Below are positions 1 to 8,124 of a stretch of 64,000 bases of DNA, piece after piece; the first letter of the stretch is position 1; every line of letters starts with the position of its first letter. This DNA is from Minisyncoccia bacterium (GTDB taxonomy: Bacteria; Patescibacteriota; Minisyncoccia; Phycocordibacterales; UBA6065), in the NCBI GenBank assembly GCA_044233485.1, contig JBIIJY010000001.1, positions 16,701 through 80,700 on the forward strand, read 5' to 3'. The notes under the pieces were generated by a model. It was not told where the DNA came from. It saw nothing but the letters and a program-made list of their open reading frames with translations, and ran no database searches. A program made the translations under genes and the position numbers.

Positions 1-557
1 TTATACACCACCATCTTTTTCCCTTCTTGTTTTGAGAAAAAGTCTCGCCACATACCCGCTGCTGGCGAGTGCATCAGGCTCAGTAGTTGCTCTTCCTTGA
101 GCGTCAGATCAAACCGCGCATTATCAAAAATCTGTTTAAGAAAATAGCGGTATGGCGCAAGAAGTTTTGAGTTCAAAAATACCGCTTGCGTCTCGGGACT
201 AATCTTTCCCATCGCTAGAGTAAAAAAGACGATCTTGTTGGCAGACTTTTGCAATCGCTGTTCGAGAAACGTCGCACGCTCTTGAGCTACTGTGTCAGCT
301 GAGTTGATCTCGAAGGCGAGCTGGAAATAAAAAACTGGCTTCCAGGTACCGGCCACTTTGGTCAGCGCCTCCCAATCACGTATTGCTTCATAGAGACTTG
401 TTTCAGAAGCAGTAAAATCTACGCCTTCATATTTTGACGCAAAATCGGTGTAGGTCTTTTCGAGAAAAAGGCAGTCGGTCTCTATTTGCGGATCAGTATG
501 TGAGGCATAGAGCAAGGTTAAATCCCACTCTGTTTTATATGGAGAGTTTGTACTCAT
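1..557 (-). CDS. Partial CDS (N-terminal ~185 aa; continues past the left window edge). Possibly an M3-family oligoendopeptidase F-like protein.
   Basis: Hand translation of the minus strand from the ATG at 555-557 gives MSTNSPYKTEWDLTLLYASHTDPQ... with no stop before position 1. It is absent from the ORF track because it runs off the edge. The WDLxxLY N-terminus recalls PepF, but the similarity is weak. Confidence 0.4.
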   Translation of the reverse strand, partial: MSTNSPYKTEWDLTLLYASHTDPQIETDCLFLEKTYTDFASKYEGVDFTASETSLYEAIRDWEALTKVAGTWKPVFYFQLAFEINSADTVAQERATFLEQRLQKSANKIVFFTLAMGKISPETQAVFLNSKLLAPYRYFLKQIFDNARFDLTLKEEQLLSLMHSPAAGMWRDFFSKQEGKKMVVY

Positions 558-585
558 GATGATCTCATACTAGCAGAAAACTCGC

Positions 586-897
586 TTATTCTCTAACCAC
601 CTCACCACCGCTCGCCATCCAAGACGAAAGCCCTCCTTCGAGGTTATAGACCTCGTTAAACCCAAGTCCAGTCAAGTAAAGCGCCGCGACTTTACTTCTC
701 CCTCCGCTCAGACACTGGCAAACTATCTGCGCATCTTTTTTGAGTAAGTTGATTTTTGATTCAAATTCATTAAGTGGAACTGAGAGTGCGCCAGGGATAT
801 GCCCTTCTGTAAATTCAGAACTTGAACGCACATCAACAAGGAGTGTATTTGGATTTTCTTTTATTGTTTTAAACTCGGGTACAGTGATGTTTTTCAT
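586..897 (-). CDS. Single-domain rhodanese-like sulfurtransferase.
   Basis: 103 aa. Active-site loop CQCLSGGRS (Cys-x5-Arg) and a typical rhodanese fold sequence. Confidence 0.85.
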   Translation of the reverse strand: MKNITVPEFKTIKENPNTLLVDVRSSSEFTEGHIPGALSVPLNEFESKINLLKKDAQIVCQCLSGGRSKVAALYLTGLGFNEVYNLEGGLSSWMASGGEVVRE

Positions 898-962
898 TTG
901 ATTTCTGCTTCACTTTTTGTGTTATCTACAAAACGATACTTCTATATTTTCTAGTTAACCTT

Positions 963-1415
963 CTACCCCCAGAGATTAAGGAAGACACCAATATAGTGGA
1001 CAACCACATACAAGAAAAATAAATATCCTGCGATAGCTACGATCAGTGTAATGGAAATGATGTTAAGTATTTCATTTCGTCTTTTCTTTGCCTCATCGAT
1101 AGTACAGATACCTTTTGCTCGTCGAAAATAGTAGATAAGTGCCCCTGCAAGCGACACAAGTCCTGCCCCACGGAAATACCATGCATAGTCTCCGTAGAGA
1201 GTATCTGCCAAGGACGTAGCGAAGCTCGCTGTCGATAATCCAAGCAACACCAGGATCACCGGAGACAAGCAGCACAGTGAGGCGAACATCACCGGCAGAG
1301 AAGACAGCTTCAGGGCATCGCGCAAGAGTGTTTTCTGTGTATTTGTTATCGAGTTTTGAGCTTTTGGTTCCATATGAGTTAGTGTGGTAATTATACCAGA
1401 TGTGTAAATTGTCAC
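963..1415 (-). CDS. MerT-like membrane transport protein.
   Basis: ASLCCLSPVILVLLGLS, with a vicinal Cys pair in the first TM, matches MerT ASACCLGPLVLIALGFS. The following region with a conserved Cys also aligns (GDYAWYFRGAGLVSLAGALIYYFRRAKGIC vs MerT LEPYRPIFIGAALVALFFAWRRIYRP...C). No merA, merP or merR is nearby. Confidence 0.6.
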   Translation of the reverse strand: MTIYTSGIITTLTHMEPKAQNSITNTQKTLLRDALKLSSLPVMFASLCCLSPVILVLLGLSTASFATSLADTLYGDYAWYFRGAGLVSLAGALIYYFRRAKGICTIDEAKKRRNEILNIISITLIVAIAGYLFFLYVVVHYIGVFLNLWG

Positions 1416-1538
1416 GTATCAGCTATTAGGACTAAGAGGATTAAGCAAGTAATACATTTCTGCGAAATGTCGTGCGCGACCCCCCATTGCACGACAATCA
1501 GAACTTTATGAGAGGAGATTAAAACTAGTATACAAAAA

Positions 1539-2075
1539 CTAGGATTTAATTTTTAGAAACACCTTCTCGTATTTTTCAGCAGAAACCTTATCAATGAGTT
1601 CTTTTTTGAATTGCCCAAAACCATTTAAAGTTACTGGGACACTGACTCTTGTATTTTCATTCCTAAGAGACAAACATTTTGCTGTTGCAAAGTAATCAAT
1701 AACTTTTACATCTGACCAATTAATTTTTTTAGAGTTACCTAAGAAATTTGTACTCTTAACCACCGTATCGTTAAATTCTACCCGAGTGTTTTTATAGTAT
1801 AAGACCATATACGAGCCCATCGATCCAAATACCACCAACATAAAAATTGACATTGTAAGGAATTGGCTATCTCTATTATAAACATCTACGTAATACAAAA
1901 CTGGAAAAACAGCCCCGAGCAATATTGAAAGTAAACCAATGTAACCAAAAACCTTGTCAGCTCTCATCACTTTTCCACCAGAAACATCTAAAGCTGGTTC
2001 ATCGGATTTAGTTATCAGGTATTTTGAAAAGGCAATTACACCTATAGAAATAAGTGCGTATGTAAGGAGATTCAT
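1539..2075 (-). CDS. Hypothetical membrane protein (N-terminal TM segments plus a soluble C-terminal domain).
   Basis: 178-aa ORF with hydrophobic N-terminal helices. No recognisable motif. Confidence 0.45.
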   Translation of the reverse strand: MNLLTYALISIGVIAFSKYLITKSDEPALDVSGGKVMRADKVFGYIGLLSILLGAVFPVLYYVDVYNRDSQFLTMSIFMLVVFGSMGSYMVLYYKNTRVEFNDTVVKSTNFLGNSKKINWSDVKVIDYFATAKCLSLRNENTRVSVPVTLNGFGQFKKELIDKVSAEKYEKVFLKIKS

Positions 2076-2140
2076 GGAACTATATTACCATAATTACATT
2101 CACGGTATTCGTAATTCTGTATTGTAGCGTAACCTGATTC

Positions 2141-2734
2141 TTATAACACCTTGTCAACACTAAAGATATCGCCGACTCTATCTGTAGCTTTGAGAACATC
2201 TATTCTCTTGCGAAGATATTCACTATTAATTGAATACACCTTCATAAAGTTGGCAATATCCTCAAGGTCATTCTTCCCCACATCCTTACCCCTTTGAAGA
2301 ATAGCTTTAATGAGCAAGACGTCCTCGGGAGGTAAAAGCCAGAGTGCCTTATCTTTATGAGTTAACCTTATTCGATTGCTTAAAATATCATCGGTTATGT
2401 GCAAATCATATACCTTCTCGCTAATCGTAATAGTTAGATGACTCGTAAGCTGTATGGAGTGGTCATTTTCAGGATTAGAGTTACGAACATTCTCGGTCTC
2501 AGATTTATACTGAAAAGATTTAATTCCGAGGAGTGTATCTACTTTGTCGTGGTCTTCATTTGCAATATAAATATCCACATCATCTGGGAATCTTTTATTT
2601 CCCAATAAAAACAGACTTCCACTACCGCCAATCATCCATTGGATTTTATTTTTATCGAGTAATGAAAGTGTACTCAATAATTTGGGAAACTTTTCTATAA
2701 ATTGTTCAACTGACTCTCCGTTCATATAGATCAA
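2141..2734 (-). CDS. ANT(2'')-like minimal nucleotidyltransferase (aminoglycoside/lincosamide NTase fold).
   Basis: GGSGSLFLLGNKRFPDDVDIYI matches the G[GS]-x(9-13)-DxD NTase motif. It parallels ANT(2'')-Ia GGGWAIDARLGRVTRKHDDIDL. 197 aa. Confidence 0.5.
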   Translation of the reverse strand: MIYMNGESVEQFIEKFPKLLSTLSLLDKNKIQWMIGGSGSLFLLGNKRFPDDVDIYIANEDHDKVDTLLGIKSFQYKSETENVRNSNPENDHSIQLTSHLTITISEKVYDLHITDDILSNRIRLTHKDKALWLLPPEDVLLIKAILQRGKDVGKNDLEDIANFMKVYSINSEYLRKRIDVLKATDRVGDIFSVDKVL

Positions 2735-2802
2735 GTATATAGTAATACTGAGATTTTTTACTCTATTCTTAAGTCGCTACATAAGTTTTTTAGTGGTGAA
2801 AT

Positions 2803-2849
2803 ATCGGGATTCGGTCACGTATAAATTTCTGCTGAAATTTTATGCGACC
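2803..2849. repeat. 47-bp repeat R1, copy A. It contains a decayed tRNA-Glu 3'-end-like segment followed by GTCAC.
   Basis: atcgggattcggtcacgtataaatttctgctgaaattttaYgcgacc is identical apart from one Y to 3677-3723. It is preceded by gtgaaat rather than gtgaccct. Confidence 0.8.
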
Positions 2850-2930
2850 ACACTGCGCGGCTTTTTGAGCTGGTCAACCACAGATATGAAATCAGAGAGA
2901 AAAGCTGAATCTACAAACGATACTGGTATA

Positions 2931-3473
2931 TTAGTAAAACCAAGGAATAAGACCAACTCTCTTTTTATACTCAGAATATGTAGCCCCGAACTTCCTTTCA
3001 AGGAAATGATCTTCTTTTTTGATTACATGTAATATGAAAAATATAACAGGTGCCATCAAGAATACTAGCCAATAATTTAACTGAAGATAAATACCAACAC
3101 CAGTAAGTATTGCTCCAATGTAGTAAGGATGTCTGGTAAATTTGTAGGGTCCTCCTGTAAATAGAGTATCTCCAGAATCATCACCCATAAATCCCCAGTC
3201 CTTGTTTCTATTTAATCTAGTCCAGAACATGAGAATTAATCCGAATAAGGAAAACATTACACCTAAGTAATAAGTGGGATTAAAGATATTAGTTTCTACT
3301 ATTTCCAACAAAAGTAGTATTGGTACCAAAAAAGATATAAATATCTCAATAAATTTTCTGCCCCAATAGATAAACGAGGTGACCATTCTTCTGTTTCTCT
3401 TTCCTTGGACTAAAGTAAAGCTATTTCGGAAAACAATGAATGCGAAAAGTAATATTAATGTTACTATTTTCAT
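2931..3473 (-). CDS. Isoprenylcysteine carboxyl methyltransferase (ICMT/PEMT) family membrane methyltransferase.
   Basis: C-terminal motif TRHPYYIGAIL...EEDHFLERKFGATYSEYKKRV (RHPxY...EE...FG..Y..Y). Multi-TM, 180 aa. Confidence 0.8.
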   Translation of the reverse strand: MKIVTLILLFAFIVFRNSFTLVQGKRNRRMVTSFIYWGRKFIEIFISFLVPILLLLEIVETNIFNPTYYLGVMFSLFGLILMFWTRLNRNKDWGFMGDDSGDTLFTGGPYKFTRHPYYIGAILTGVGIYLQLNYWLVFLMAPVIFFILHVIKKEDHFLERKFGATYSEYKKRVGLIPWFY

Positions 3474-3521
3474 GGGTTACATTTTATCACTTTTAGACAT
3501 TTTTGATATAATTTACGGATC
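3474..3521 (-). promoter_or_regulatory. Conserved ~45-bp upstream element (promoter/5' leader module), copy 1, directly upstream of the ICMT gene.
   Basis: cattttatcacttttagacatttttgatataatttacggatcaa is near-identical to 6939-6985, which lies upstream of the CDPS operon. On the coding strand it reads ...TAAATTATATCAAAA.G.CTAAAAGTGATAAAATG, with a TGaTAAAAT-like -10. Confidence 0.5.
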
Positions 3522-3616
3522 AAGTGTGAGCCACAATAATTTGTTCGTCGTCACTCACAAATTTTCCAGCCCCGGACTCGACTGTTTTTCTTGCTAGAAA
3601 AACATGTCTCCGTCTT

Positions 3617-3687
3617 CACAAAATTTAAAAAGAGTGAAGCAGTTCACTCTTTTTAGAAACCAAATTTTGTGACCCTATCGGGATTCG
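3617..3687. repeat. Hairpin (terminator-like) plus an exact 21-nt copy of the tRNA-Glu 3' end (att-like remnant), copy 1.
   Basis: cacaaaatttaaaaagagtgaagcagttcactctttttagaaaccaaattttgtgaccc is followed by tatcgggattcg. 3667-3687 equals 11530-11550 of tRNA-Glu. The hairpin stem differs from the copy at 7138-7196 only by compensatory changes. Confidence 0.8.
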
Positions 3688-3744
3688 GTCACGTATAAAT
3701 TTCTGCTGAAATTTTACGCGACCCCGCCTCGCGCCGTCGCGCTC
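3677..3744. repeat. R1 copy B (3677-3723) fused to the 28-bp GC-rich motif R2 (3717-3744).
   Basis: R2 cgcgaccccgcctcgcgccgtcgcgctc is identical to 59214-59241, and a diverged relative lies at 60450-60476. It is followed by the long hairpin gtcacaatagtaaaaagccacgtgtagtggctttttattattgtgac and another ttgtgaccct at 3790-3799. Confidence 0.75.
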
Positions 3745-4014
3745 GGGCCGTCACAATAGTAAAAAGCCACGTGTAGTGGCTTTTTATTATTGTGACCCTA
3801 CTGTCCCTGGAGTGGAACTCCATAGAACAAGAGATTTTACGCTGGAAAAGTATTGTTTCTGTTTATGGTCATTTGATTATGTCTCCAAGTATGGCTTGAA
3901 AAGCTTACTTTTAAGTCTGTGATAGGAAGTTATTTCTACCAGTCTAGTTATAGGACTGTATTAGGTTAAACGGTTGGTGAAAAAATTAAATCTTCAGGCG
4001 ATACTGCTCCTACA

Positions 4015-4891
4015 TCAGGGCTGGCCTTTTTTTGGTTCACGTACTTTCATTTCCTTCGTGGCGAACATCTCGGCGAGTGTTTGATGGGTACTGGTGTCTC
4101 GCTTATCAACCTCGCCAGTTTTAGGGTTGTACATCTCTTTCTTTAACAAATCACTGATGATGTAAGCGGGTATGGATGAGGTAAGGGACGTTCCGTATGT
4201 GTATGTAAGTGCTATACCAGGAGGCACTCTAATGGCACCTCTTTCTATTAAACCTCCATAAAGTAATACTTCCACTTTACCTGTCACAGAATTAAAAATA
4301 GTAGAGCCACTTGAACCGCTTTGCACCATTGCGTCTATGAGTAAGCCGTGGGGATGTGAACAAGGAAAGGGTTGAACCGCACTCACAATACCTCGTTGCA
4401 ATACGGGGTTAATTTGATGTACCCAACCTGGGGCACGAAGTGTTCTGGTTCCCATTGGAAACCCTGCAATAAAAACCTCGTCGCCTTCGTTGAGATTGAA
4501 TGATGTTTCTAGTTAGAACAGGTAATCCTTTTGCTTTCACATAAATAAATCCAACATCAGGCACGTCTGTTCCGTAATGAGCACCCTCGACTGGTTCTTC
4601 TCTCGTTAATGTTCCAACTCCCTCGACTTCAAGAAATACTGATGCCATTCCTTTGCCTGGAAGGTTTTGTAGATACATTACCAGAATTGGCCATTCGTCG
4701 TCTGGTGCTCCCTTGCGTCTTGGTAGTTGCTTAATCACGTTTACAACGTGGTCATTGGTTACTATCAACCCGTCTTCTCGAACAATAAAGCCAGTCCCGA
4801 TAATATCGGGCATATCAGGATTTTGAGAAATTCTCCCGACTATGGCTACGATTGCTGGCTTTAGTTTTTGGTATTGAGAAGTGAATGACAT
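4015..4891 (-). pseudogene. Trypsin-like (S1, HtrA/DegP-like catalytic domain, no PDZ) serine protease interrupted by a frameshift. The two ORFs are 4409..4891 and 4015..4455.
   Basis: The upstream ORF carries the His motif LIVTNDHVV and ...KGLPVLT. The downstream frame, extended upstream past its ATG, reads SFNLNEGDEVFIAGFPMG and contains the Ser motif SGSSGSTIF. The frames meet near 4500-4515 (ctaactagaaac), where each frame hits a stop in the other. Confidence 0.65.
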
Positions 4892-4895
4892 AGTT

Positions 4896-5762
4896 TTATT
4901 TTGTATCGGGTTCTTTCTTGTGCCATGCCATAATCTTTTTCAGTTGCTCCTTCGTAAGCCCGCTATCGAAAGGCTTGAACAGCCTGTCAGCTTCTTGGAA
5001 ACCCTCTTGGTCTTTGAGGTACAAAAATGAGTTCTTAAGGTTCAGTAAAATTTTGATGAGTAAGTCTTTAACAATATGAAAATTATTTACGCAGTAGTGG
5101 TAACCAGCCTGCTCTTCAAAGTCGAAATCTAGCTTAAATACGTCAACGCTTTCAAGTAGTCCAGCATATCCGCTGTGGGTGTAACTAGACATAATCTTGT
5201 AACACTTCCCAAGCATTTCCTTGATAGGCTGTTCCTCGTTCTCGTAAAATTCTGCAAGCTCGGTATTCAAATGTTCGTGATAAAATTCTCTGGCATCTAC
5301 GTTGCCAATGATTTTGCCTTTGAACCACTTATCAAGAAGGGCCTTATTCTTATCGTCCCAGAACAGCATTGCCAAATCTAATGCTTCCGTACCAGAACGT
5401 GATAGCTCCATCGCTTCAAGGTTCCTACCGTGACGACAAACTAGAAGCGTAGTCTTCAAATTACCGAAAGCCCTCGCAAGGAGAAGATAAGCAGCCGCAG
5501 TCTTTGTTTGTTCGGTAATAGATGTGAGATAAGGGAAAATCCTTCGTATCAATTTCTCTACATCAGGAAGGATTGCCTCAATTTCATCGCATAGCTGGTT
5601 TATTTCCGCCACGCTCCTTGCCTTATCGACTGCGGGAGAATCTGGGTTCGCTTGTGCATATAGAAAGCCCTTCTTTTTATTTATATCTGCAACACGGTTT
5701 TTTACGTATTCTTCAGGAGTTTCGTCTTTTTCAAGCTCTTCAGGGAAAGGAGGTTTTGTCAT
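4896..5762 (-). CDS. Hypothetical protein (288 aa), last gene of the CDPS-SET operon.
   Basis: Its start overlaps the SET stop by 4 nt (ATGA). Acidic N-terminus, probably all-alpha. No motif identified by eye. Confidence 0.6.
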   Translation of the reverse strand: MTKPPFPEELEKDETPEEYVKNRVADINKKKGFLYAQANPDSPAVDKARSVAEINQLCDEIEAILPDVEKLIRRIFPYLTSITEQTKTAAAYLLLARAFGNLKTTLLVCRHGRNLEAMELSRSGTEALDLAMLFWDDKNKALLDKWFKGKIIGNVDAREFYHEHLNTELAEFYENEEQPIKEMLGKCYKIMSSYTHSGYAGLLESVDVFKLDFDFEEQAGYHYCVNNFHIVKDLLIKILLNLKNSFLYLKDQEGFQEADRLFKPFDSGLTKEQLKKIMAWHKKEPDTK

Positions 5763-6232
5763 AGGGATGTAGAAAGATAGTCAGAAATATAACCTTTGTA
5801 TTTTTCCTTTATTTCATTAGGAAGCTCTTTATAACAACCGAGCCTGCCTCTGCATATTGCGGAACCGCACTTACAGATACGCTCTTCTTCGGAAAGCTCG
5901 TCGCCATATTCATATCCAATCATTGCATAGTCTATGGCGAGTTCCTCGTCTTTCTTTATATTCCTCATTGCAACAAATAATGTGCGTTCCTTTACTCCCA
6001 GATTTGGGTCACACGAATGGCAAATAAACTGGCAGAGGTTTCCTTCTGGCATGGTAGGATCAATCTTCAAGCTCTCACTGATTGGTATGGTGTAAGCAGT
6101 TGCGTTTTCAACGATTGAACCAAAGGCTACGAACACAACCTCATCCTTTATAAAATCACGTTGGGCAAATAGGCTTTTCCCGTACTTACCTGTGTCCTTT
6201 GAGTAAACGTTGTCTTCGATTTTGTAAGTCAT
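5759..6232 (-). CDS. SET-domain methyltransferase.
   Basis: FICHSCDPN (NHSCxPN), ELAIDY (ELxFDY), and a post-SET Cys cluster CKCGSAICRGRLG. 157 aa. Confidence 0.85.
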   Translation of the reverse strand: MTYKIEDNVYSKDTGKYGKSLFAQRDFIKDEVVFVAFGSIVENATAYTIPISESLKIDPTMPEGNLCQFICHSCDPNLGVKERTLFVAMRNIKKDEELAIDYAMIGYEYGDELSEEERICKCGSAICRGRLGCYKELPNEIKEKYKGYISDYLSTSL

Positions 6233-6236
6233 AAAT

Positions 6237-6926
6237 TTAGCGAACCACGAGGAGAACTTTAGGTTTTGTGTCCATTACTTTGTCACGAACATCGAGGAAT
6301 AATTCTCCTTTCTGTATGCCTTCTACCAGTTCAGGTAGCTTGCCGTCGTAGGGATAGGCGTATGCATCGAATACCAATCCTTTGATTGGTGTACGTCCCA
6401 GGATTTCAGGAAATTCTGCTATGACATACGAACCCAGCTTTACCTTATCTTCGTAAGAGAAGACCCTATTTTCTTTGCTAGTAAAACTATCCACGAGTTC
6501 GATAATCGCACTTTTGAACTCACTATCTGTGTCGTACTTCTTGTTTAGGAAATCTAGCTTCTCTTGGAAGGCAGGGGTAAAAAGTTCGTCCCACTTTGCG
6601 AAGTGTAATTTCGAGAACTGGTCAGAAGTGAGCTTGGATTTTGCCAGAACTTTAACCCCTTCGAGTATTTCGTCTCCAAGTCGCAGGGCAGTCTCTTTCG
6701 CTTTTTCAGGAGACTTGCGGTTGCGCACTTCGATATTGATTGCGTGAATGCCATCGGCCACGTAAATGACCACGAACTCTTTTGTATGTTCAAGTGACCA
6801 CTCAACCAGACCCACAATGTTTTCAGTAGAAAACCACTTGTTTCCCAAGCTTATTCCAACCCCTATATTGTATTGCTTTGCGTAGAGGTCTTTTTCTGTT
6901 CCGCCTCGAACTTTGTATAACCGCAT
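6237..6926 (-). CDS. tRNA-dependent cyclodipeptide synthase (CDPS, AlbC/YvmC family).
   Basis: 229 aa. IGVGISLGNKWFSTEN matches the AlbC catalytic pocket IGISAGNSYFSQKN (GxS..N..F). VVIYVADGIHAINIE matches VVYVDTHIDEM. SYVIAEFPEIL matches NYVLAEAPLF (YxxxE). An aromatic-rich YAYPYD region matches the Y202 region. The SET gene follows 4 nt downstream. Confidence 0.75.
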   Translation of the reverse strand: MRLYKVRGGTEKDLYAKQYNIGVGISLGNKWFSTENIVGLVEWSLEHTKEFVVIYVADGIHAINIEVRNRKSPEKAKETALRLGDEILEGVKVLAKSKLTSDQFSKLHFAKWDELFTPAFQEKLDFLNKKYDTDSEFKSAIIELVDSFTSKENRVFSYEDKVKLGSYVIAEFPEILGRTPIKGLVFDAYAYPYDGKLPELVEGIQKGELFLDVRDKVMDTKPKVLLVVR

Positions 6927-6938
6927 AAAAGTAAAGTC

Positions 6939-6985
6939 ATTTTATCACTTTTAAGCCATTTTGATATAATTTACCTATCAATCAC
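6939..6985 (-). promoter_or_regulatory. Conserved ~45-bp upstream element, copy 2, directly upstream of the CDPS operon.
   Basis: cattttatcacttttaagccattttgatataatttacctatcaa is near-identical to 3477-3521. Confidence 0.5.
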
Positions 6986-7137
6986 CTCCCTGTGTAGTCA
7001 ATGCAGATCCCTCCCAGAGATTTGCATTTTGTGTCACGAGTTACTAAGTGTTCTCGATCGCTTTGCAATCTGCGAGCACTAAGCACTCGCGACCCCAGCT
7101 CGGCACTTTTTCAGCTGAAAAAGTATGCCTGCGCTTT

Positions 7138-7196
7138 CACAAAATTTAAAAAGACTGGAGCAGTCCAGTCTTTTTGGAAACCAAATTTTGTGACCC
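7138..7196. repeat. Hairpin plus a 9-nt tRNA-Glu 3'-end core (ttgtgaccc), copy 2. It forms the left junction of the GC-rich element.
   Basis: cacaaaatttaaaaagactggagcagtccagtctttttggaaaccaaattttgtgaccc. The stem agactgga/tccagtct corresponds to agagtgaa/ttcactct in copy 1, with base pairing preserved. Base composition changes abruptly after 7196. Confidence 0.8.
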
Positions 7197-7480
7197 ACAA
7201 CAGGACATACCTCGAACTTGGGACCGGATTCTCGACACCTTGGCAGCGTTGAACATGAAGGGCCTTCTGCCTGACCTGGCATCCGTTGTGGAACCAGAGC
7301 ATGCCTCTTTGAACGATGGCCTGCCGGATCACTTTGGCACCTAGCCCAAGCGGTTCGCCCCCCTTGCGGCGGATCAGGAAAGCATCAAAATCCGCCGACG
7401 AGATCGAGTGTCTGTTGGACGTGTGTCAGCAGCTCGGTCTCATCGATCACGGCGGTATCGGCGGCACGGGTAGAGCTGTG

Positions 7481-7717
7481 ATGGAACCGTTTGCCGTATT
7501 CGTTGATCAGTTCGATGCGGGACAGGATCGTCTGGGCTGCCGCCAGCGGATCAGCCGGCTGAGCGTCGCGAATCTTCCCGATGAAATCACCGAGCCCTGT
7601 TGTCCCGAGGACGCCCGACCGAATCCGGAACGGGTTCAGACCAAGGCGGCCCTGGAGGAACTGCTGGGCGACGACGAGGACGGTCTGGCCGCCACCTTCG
7701 AGGATTACCGCCTATGA
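7481..7717 (+). CDS. Hypothetical small acidic protein (start uncertain: 7316 or 7481).
   Basis: High GC at third codon positions in this frame from about 7480. The stop overlaps the next ORF's start (ATGA at 7714-7717). Confidence 0.4.
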   Translation: MEPFAVFVDQFDAGQDRLGCRQRISRLSVANLPDEITEPCCPEDARPNPERVQTKAALEELLGDDEDGLAATFEDYRL

Positions 7718-7986
7718 GCGCCCCGAAGTTCGGCCTGGGCCGGTTGGTGGCCACGCCCAATGCGTTGGCCCATGTCTCCCACGCGGAGATCCTGAAGGCC
7801 GTGTCCCGGCATCTGGCCGGCGATTGGGGCGACTGCGGGGCGGAGGATTGGGCAACCAATGACGCCGCCCTGGTGCAGGGCACCCGCCTGCTGTCGGTGT
7901 ATCACGCCGTGGACCGGACGAAGTTCTGGCTCATCACGGAATGGGACCGGTCGGTGACGACCGTGCTCCTGCCCGAAGACTACTGA
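7714..7986 (+). CDS. Hypothetical protein (~90 aa), translationally coupled to the upstream ORF.
   Basis: MSAPKFGLGRLVATPNALAHVSHAEILKAVSRHLAGDWGDCGAEDWATNDAALVQGTRLLSVYHAVDRTKFWLITEWDRSVTTVLLPEDY has protein-like composition. Confidence 0.5.
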   Translation: MSAPKFGLGRLVATPNALAHVSHAEILKAVSRHLAGDWGDCGAEDWATNDAALVQGTRLLSVYHAVDRTKFWLITEWDRSVTTVLLPEDY

Positions 7987-8124
7987 TTTCACGGCCTCCC
8001 ACTTCTGCGGAGGCCGCTTTTCTTCCCGCCGGCCCTTAAACCAAGGGGCCGTCCACGCTCCCGGCGGAGAGACTCACACCCAGAGCTACCTGCATCAACA
8101 GGCGGACGGCCCGAGAGAGACATC

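Noticed and set aside
2793-3032. Plus-strand 79-aa ORF.
   Set aside because: It spans the R1 repeat and runs antisense into the ICMT gene's 3' end. No support.
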